A stretch of 59,342 nt of DNA, filler included, from Bipalium vagum (lineage: Eukaryota), in NCBI GenBank assembly GCA_037834085.1. It is 3 parts of 3 records of this genome, joined end to end, with 100 filler letters (N's around TTAATTAATTAA, not from the genome) between each part and the next. Parts side by side here need not be neighbours in the genome. Positions count along the whole stretch, not along the records: positions 38,719 to 59,342 come from JBBMKC010249171.1; 2 more parts are not named here. One strand, written 5' to 3'. Position numbers and translations under genes: made by a program. The notes below the pieces were generated by a model. That model made no database searches. It saw nothing but the letters and a program-made list of their open reading frames with translations, and was not told where the DNA came from. This document shows, in pieces, positions 53,340-59,342 of this stretch. Numbering within the stretch: position 1 is the stretch's first letter; each line of letters starts with the position of its first letter.

Positions 53340-53740
53340 GCACTCAAAGTCATGCTGGCAAATGTCAAAATTTACGAAATTTTCGATCATGTAAATATTT
53401 TTTCACATGTTATCCATACGAGAAGATTTTTAAAGATTTATTTTGTTAATGATTTGTAAAATAGCATTTGGTATACTTCATCTTGAAGAAATCCCTTTTC
53501 TGTCAGGACCTTATCTGATGCAAATTTAATGGGATATATAATATTTAAAACAAGGGCAAGAAAACAAATTAAATCTTTTAATCTGATTGTAATTTGGAAC
53601 TATTTCCCATAGGAAAGTCACTGGAATATCCATTACTGACTTGCCAACCTATTTGGTACTGATAAATGTGGAGCAGGTAGGAAGATTCCCTACTGAGAGT
53701 AGTAAAGAAAATTCGAAGTAGTTGACGTTCAAATTATTCA
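53340..53740 (+). mobile_element. Penelope-like reverse-transcriptase relic
   Basis: Ordered degenerate motifs FDHVNIFSHV (FDVxSLFTNV), FLSGPYLMQI.NG (FxGxxYxQxxG) and PLL.LANLF (SPLxPxLANLF). Confidence 0.4.
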
Positions 53741-54097
53741 TAACTCTCCTTTACCCAGAGAAAGATTATTTATATTTTTATATTATAAAAATATCAGGAA
53801 TTTTAAAATCCAAAAAGACACGTTTCCAAATAATTACAATAATTGACCTAAAATGTAACCTAAAAATATTTTGACTAATTATTATTATTATTATTAGGAT
53901 TATTATTATGATAGAACATTTTCCAAAATGTACTATTTAACACGGTGAAAACAATTTGGAGGAGTTATCATTTTTGTCTAATTTTATTGATTTTGAAAAA
54001 TGTTTTTGTTCATTAATCAACAATTTCTTTACTGTGGTCTGTAGAAAACTCTAGAATTTTATAACTCAGACAGAAAATAGTTATAATTTTATAATTT

Positions 54098-54142
54098 AAA
54101 TTATAATATAAATTATAATATAAATTATAATATAAATTATAT
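54098..54142. repeat. Tandem 12-mer (AAATTATAATAT) x about 3.7
   Basis: Visible directly. Confidence 0.8.
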
Positions 54143-54190
54143 AAGAGTAATGAATTTTGACTCAAATTTATTCAATGAAAATCATATGAT

Positions 54191-54244
54191 ACCTATCAAA
54201 TGAGATATCGGAATTATCTGTGATCAGGTTCCATGATCAGGTTT
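54191..54244 (-). ncRNA. Degenerate minimal type I hammerhead ribozyme, Penelope-associated, probably inactive
   Basis: Minus: CTGATCA-t-GGAA-(15 nt)-TTCC-GATA-TC-tcattt-GA-TA-ggt. Each core box is one mismatch from CTGANGA and GAAA, stems II and III are retained, and it lies just 3' of a GIY-YIG relic. Confidence 0.45.
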
Positions 54245-54274
54245 ATTAAAATATAATTTAGTAATATTTCTAAA

Positions 54275-54520
54275 ATAATCCTTTTTAGAGTGTTTATCTT
54301 CCGATTTTTAATATCAACATATCTGATGTATGTTATCTATCTTTTCAATTAATACCATTGTCCAAAATTTTCAATTGGATCAATACTTGTTTTGCTTTCC
54401 TGGGAATGCTCACTAATTCGGGTTTTGAAGTGATTCTGAGGTAAAAGTTAGTCATAAGTCATAAATATTTATTTACTTTGGCCACAAGGAGCCAGATAAT
54501 AATACATTGGGTTTAGTTAT
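54275..54520 (-). mobile_element. Penelope-like element GIY-YIG endonuclease relic (3' end)
   Basis: Minus YYYLAPCGQS...NHFKTRISEH...LKILDNGIN*KDR*HTSDMLI follows VYxxxCxCGxxYIGxTxRxLKTRIxEH...FKILDxxxNxxxRxxxExxxI. Confidence 0.65.
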
Positions 54521-55831
54521 TATAATAATTAGCATTATCTTACATATTTTCTGGTCGCTAAGTAAGGACCTATGCATATTAAAAAGATATTCTTTATTAT
54601 TATTTTTAATTAATAAGAATACCCTAATATTGCTAAATATTTTTCCCAGGATTTTCTTTATAAGCTCAAGATAATTTTAAGAATAACCAAATTTAAGGAT
54701 AACTTACTTTATCTTGAAGGGAATATTTGAGTATATGAAAATAAAGGGCTATTTGCATATTTTTGATGGGACTGGTCGAGTTTTTGGAAAAGGAGAAAGG
54801 TCTATCATTTTAGCCAATTTTTAGTTAATGTTTTACTGAGTTATTATTATTGTGTTATATACTGTTAATCATCAAGAAAATCGTTATTGCGTCAGAAGAG
54901 ATTATTAATATACAAAAATTAATTTTCTGAACCCATTATTTAAAGTCGAAATTTAGAAATCAAGCAGATTTATACATTGGTTCGTCGGACTCGACTGCCA
55001 ATAAGCGAAACTATTAGGGCTTGGTCAGCAATCGAGGGATTCTCATATCCTGAGATCGAATATGTTATATTTATTATGTCTTTTAATAGAGGTAATTAAT
55101 TATATTTTTTCTTATTTTTAGAGGTCAGTGTTAAACATATCTGGAAACATTTTAACATTTCAGGAAAATATAATTTAAAATAAATAGAAAGGACATATCA
55201 AATAATACACAACATTAAAACAAAATTATAAATACATGACAAAAAACAAAATAAATTAACGAAGTGTCTGTCTGATTATGTAACACAATAGGATTGTAGT
55301 GAGAAAACTAATTTAAACTCCATTATCTTTTAAGCAGGTTTTTGATGGATTTATTGTAAAAATATGTTAATTTTTTGACACGATTTTTTTTCATTTAATA
55401 TCGTGAGGATAATTTTCTGGCCTCGTTAACGTACAATTATAATGAACGTTTTTCTTTTTAATATTAATGAAGGTTTTGACTTGAATAGAATACTTTCTTC
55501 TTAACTTTTAACTAAAGAGCATTCGTTGAACTTTGAAGTGTCTAAAATCAAGAAAAAAACATCTAAAGGTCTCACTTACCTATGTCTCGTGTTTGGGTTC
55601 TTAAGATTTCAATTGTTTTTCAATTTAAACCACAAATATTCAGTATAATGGGAAAACTTTTAATAGTACTCAAATATGGATTAAATTTACGTTCGCTGTT
55701 TTCAAAATAAAATTATTCAGCTAAATAATTTTATTTATTTTTTAAGATTTGTCTTAATAATTTAAAATTAAATCTGTGAAATAGTGCAATCTCAAGAATA
55801 TTAATAATAAATAACAATAAATAAAAAATAT

Positions 55832-55990
55832 NNNNNNNNNNNNNNNNNNNNNNNNNNNNNNNNNNNNNNNNNNNNNNNNNNNNNNNNNNNNNNNNNNNNN
55901 NNNNNNNNNNNNNNNNNNNNNNNNNNNNNNNNNNNNNNNNNNNNNNNNNNNNNNNNNNNNNNNNNNNNNNNNNNNNNNNNNNNNNNNNNN
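55832..55990. other. Assembly gap
   Basis: Run of N. Confidence 1.
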
Positions 55991-56699
55991 GTTAAAAAAA
56001 TGGATGAATTAAAAAAAAATTTAAAATCGAAAGTATTTTAATTCAATTTCTTTAATCTTAATTAATTAGTTTTAATTAAATCAATGACGATTGTTAGAGG
56101 CTTCAGAAAAATATCATCTTTCAATAACAATTTTTTCATAAAAATGTATTATTTTTACAAAATAAAAACAAAAAAGAAAAAATTAAAGAGCACAATGAAT
56201 TATTTGGAGAATTTTCCATGAAATTTATTTTCCCATTCCTCAAGTCAACAAGACTGTCACGAAACTCAATCAATCATGAAAGTCATCAAATGACAGAAAA
56301 TGTTCATGAAATACAAGAAAAATTTCTCAAATAATAATAATAATAATAAATTATAATAAATAATAATAGTAATAATAGTATAGACGAGATGATAAAATCG
56401 AAATCGATAATATCGGATTTCAAAAGGAAAAATGGAAACTAAATTCCATCATAGACATGGTGGGACTCAAAGTCTGCCATGATTAAGGGATGGTCAAGCG
56501 GAAGAGATTGGTTTTCGTTGGACTCTTCTCGGAGGAGAACGTTAATAATCCAACCCAAACTGAACGCAAAGTGATTGGCGAAATCGAAATAGCTCAATCA
56601 GTTTCAAATCAAAAGCACGAGCTGCGACGACAACATTGGATATGTTAGATCAGAACAGAGTCTGAGAGAAGGAATAATATTTTCTCTTTTGTGTAAACT

Positions 56700-56934
56700 A
56701 TGAACCATTCTGTCAATGCGACCGACTCTCAAACTCATTATGCAAATTGGGTTAATTTGGGATTATTTATCATACCAATAACAACAATATGCGGAAATGT
56801 TCTCATCGCTCTTTCCGTCCATGTTGAAAAGAGGCTCCAGAATCGATTCAACTACTTTCTCGTCTCGCTGGCCGTCAGCGACCTACTCAGTGCTATTCTT
56901 GTCATGCCCGTGTCAGCTATAAAAATGATTAAAG
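56700..56934 (+). CDS. Biogenic amine GPCR, 5-HT2-like, first coding exon (N-terminus, TM1, TM2)
   Basis: MNHSVNAT (N-glycosylation sequons), NWVNL, GNVLIALSVHVEKRLQNRFNYFLVSLAVSDLLSAILVMP, close to 5-HT2 NWxxL...EKKLQNATNYFLMSLAIAD...VMP. Donor AAAG|gttctt. Confidence 0.88.
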
Positions 56935-58539
56935 GTTCTTTTTTCTTTCAAGTTTTTCTACATCTTTTTAAAATGAATATTTTATTTCCCTTTATCCAAA
57001 AAAGTGAAATTCAGTCGTAAATTTGACAAAGGGAAAGCGGATTATTGAAAATAAAAGTAAAAAACGAAATGTAATAATCTGCTAATTAAAACAAAATACT
57101 TTATAATGACTTGTAGGTGGACAATGATTAAAAGAAGATTTACAACAAAAAATTGATTTTTAAAAATCAGTTTAGCTTTATATTTTATTTGAAACCAAAC
57201 AATTATAAATAGAATAATAATAAATGAAATGATTATAAATAAAATAATAATAAAATAAAATAATAATTAATTTAATAATTTAATAATTTATTGAATGTCC
57301 TTGGAATTTTTCAATTTTACGAAAGAGTAAAAGGAAAAGGTAAAGACCTTCTAAATAAGATAAAACAAAATTTGAGAGAAAAATCATTTGTAATTGAATA
57401 ATTTAATTAAATATTATTGTTTAATTATATAAAACATTTTCTTTCATTTAATATTAAAATATTAATAATAAAAAAATATTATTTATAAAATTTTATAAAT
57501 TCGATTTTTAATGATTTAAATTTACAATCTTTATTTATTAAAATTTGAAAAGTTCATAAACGTTTATAAAGATAAAATCGAACTTAAGTTCCATGATTTA
57601 GGCTTTCTTTTGTTACTTTCTTTTCATTTTCCCCCTCTTTTTTCAAATTTTTCCAGAAAATACTTTTAATATAATTATATAAATTTCATTTAATAAATTT
57701 AATAAATTTAATTTAATTTATTATTTAATTTTAATATAATGTATAATATAATACTTCTATGTAACTGTTCATTGAAGAAAATTAGAATATTTTAATGAAC
57801 AAAAATCATTTTGTTAAAATATTTCCCAAAAGTTGTTAATTTTGACTGAAATGAAAATAATTCTTTAGAATGCCAGACAAAATATTCGATAATTATTAAA
57901 TTAATAATGGAATATTAAGTAAATATGGTTGGGGAAAATATTTTCATTTGACTCGAAAAAAATATTAATAAATAAATTCTTTCTTGAATTCAGGCCCGTC
58001 TTTAAATGGAAATTGTTTTGAATATTTTCTTCAAAACAACGATGGTCATCCTAATATTTTCTCAGTCATTGGAAAATCCAATAGTTTTCTGATCATAAAT
58101 TAAAAATAAATACATTTAATTTTAAGAAGGTTAATCAAATGATGGGATTTTTTAATTTTAATATTATATTTGAATAAAATTATAATATTATGTTGTCACA
58201 TACAAATATCCGATTAGATAATAAACAAAAAAAAATAAAAATATTAAGGTTAATAATATAATATAATATAAAAATATTATAGATATTAAATTTATTAAGA
58301 TAATCATATTTAATATTCAAAATTTTATTAAAATTAATAAATCAATTTTAATAAATAATCCATCATACCAATACTTAATATAGAATTTTAATTAAATCAA
58401 TAATTAAATAATTACATTTTATAATAGAATTAAAGAAATAAATTTTTAAATAAATATTTGTTGGATAATTAAATTTTTTTTTGAATATTCCTATTGGTAA
58501 AATCAGTAGAAGAAAATGATGGACTTCAAACTTTTTAAT

Positions 58540-58611
58540 GTTAATGTAGCTCAGCGGTCAGAGCAGTGCATGCGCATGTGATGGTCCCGGGTTCGAATCC
58601 CGGTATCTCCG
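58540..58611 (+). pseudogene. tRNA-Ala(CGC)-derived pseudogene or SINE head
   Basis: A box TAGCTCAGCGG, D stem GCTC/GAGC, T arm CCGGG-TTCGAAT-CCCGG, Ala-like 3' end TATCTCC. The acceptor stem has 3 mismatches and the anticodon stem does not pair. Confidence 0.75.
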
Positions 58612-59342
58612 ATTAATTTTCACTAACAGTTAATATTATTAATAAAAAATTATCTAAATTTTCTAAAATACTTTCAATGGTTGACTGTAATATTTTTTTT
58701 CGGGGTCTGTATTTTTCTCTGGAAACCCTCATTTGATAATTTCACGTTCATTATTAATATGATATTTTTTGAAACCGATTTTGACATGAAAACAAAACTG
58801 TTTTATTATTTTATTTATTCTAATTATTCTGATAAGTTTGTTTTATTAGTTGATGCCAAAAACACCAAGGTCTTAAGATATTTACATATTAGCAACAAGA
58901 ATTAAATGTTTATTCAGCAGACCGTCGTTGACGTTTAACCTTCGCAATATTTTTCATGAATATTTATGGGTTTTTGATACTTTAATTATTGATAAAAATA
59001 ATCATTTTTTTTAATTAAGTTGGAATTTTCTTTATTCTAAAACTATTCGTTTTCACTTTGAATCGTAATTTGTGACTTTATTATTGAAAATATACTTTAT
59101 GGGCTTTTATATTATATGGCAACACTTTTATAAAGCATGAACGTTCAACTGTGACCTTTCATTTGACTTAAAGATCATATTTCTTTAAAGGAATAAAATA
59201 ATAGACGGTAAATATGAAGAAATAATTGAATGTAAATATATTAGGTTGTCTAATAAATCTATTATTATGCATCTATTATTAATTTAATTTAATATTTAAA
59301 TAGACAGATCACGTGTTTGTTATTTATTAATAGTTGTTTTAA

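Noticed and set aside
54358-54436. Calx-beta-like reading ITSKPELVSIPRKAKQVLIQLKILDN with a good acceptor
   Set aside because: Better explained by frameshifted GIY-YIG motifs, and no compatible neighbouring exons were found.

Overview
Very AT-rich eukaryotic (animal) genomic DNA, not prokaryotic. A protocadherin, spliceosomal GT-AG introns and Merlin/mariner relics point to a non-ecdysozoan invertebrate, plausibly a flatworm or other spiralian; this taxon call is inference. The window is at least three unrelated pieces joined by artificial 100-nt linkers (N44-TTAATTAATTAA-N44 at 17082-17181 and 38619-38718), plus two ordinary N gaps. Genes reconstructed by hand with consistent splice phases: (1) a 7-repeat protocadherin ectodomain exon; (2) the first 8 exons of an M1/aminopeptidase-N-like gene on the minus strand, which keeps its zinc ligands but has lost GAMEN and the catalytic Tyr; (3) the first 10 exons of a myosin V; (4) a class A peptide-receptor-like GPCR exon missed by the ORF track; (5) exon 1 of a 5-HT2-like receptor. 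There is also a tRNA-Ala pseudogene. Introns and intergenic DNA hold many decayed transposons: many mariners, Tc1, maT/DD37D, DD39D-like, pogo/Tigger, IS630-like, two Merlin/ISXO2, and Penelope-like relics with a degenerate hammerhead ribozyme. I found no clear-cut new multi-gene system. The best leads are the rewired M1 peptidase, the Penelope/hammerhead locus with a nearby structured island, and the myosin V motor insertion.
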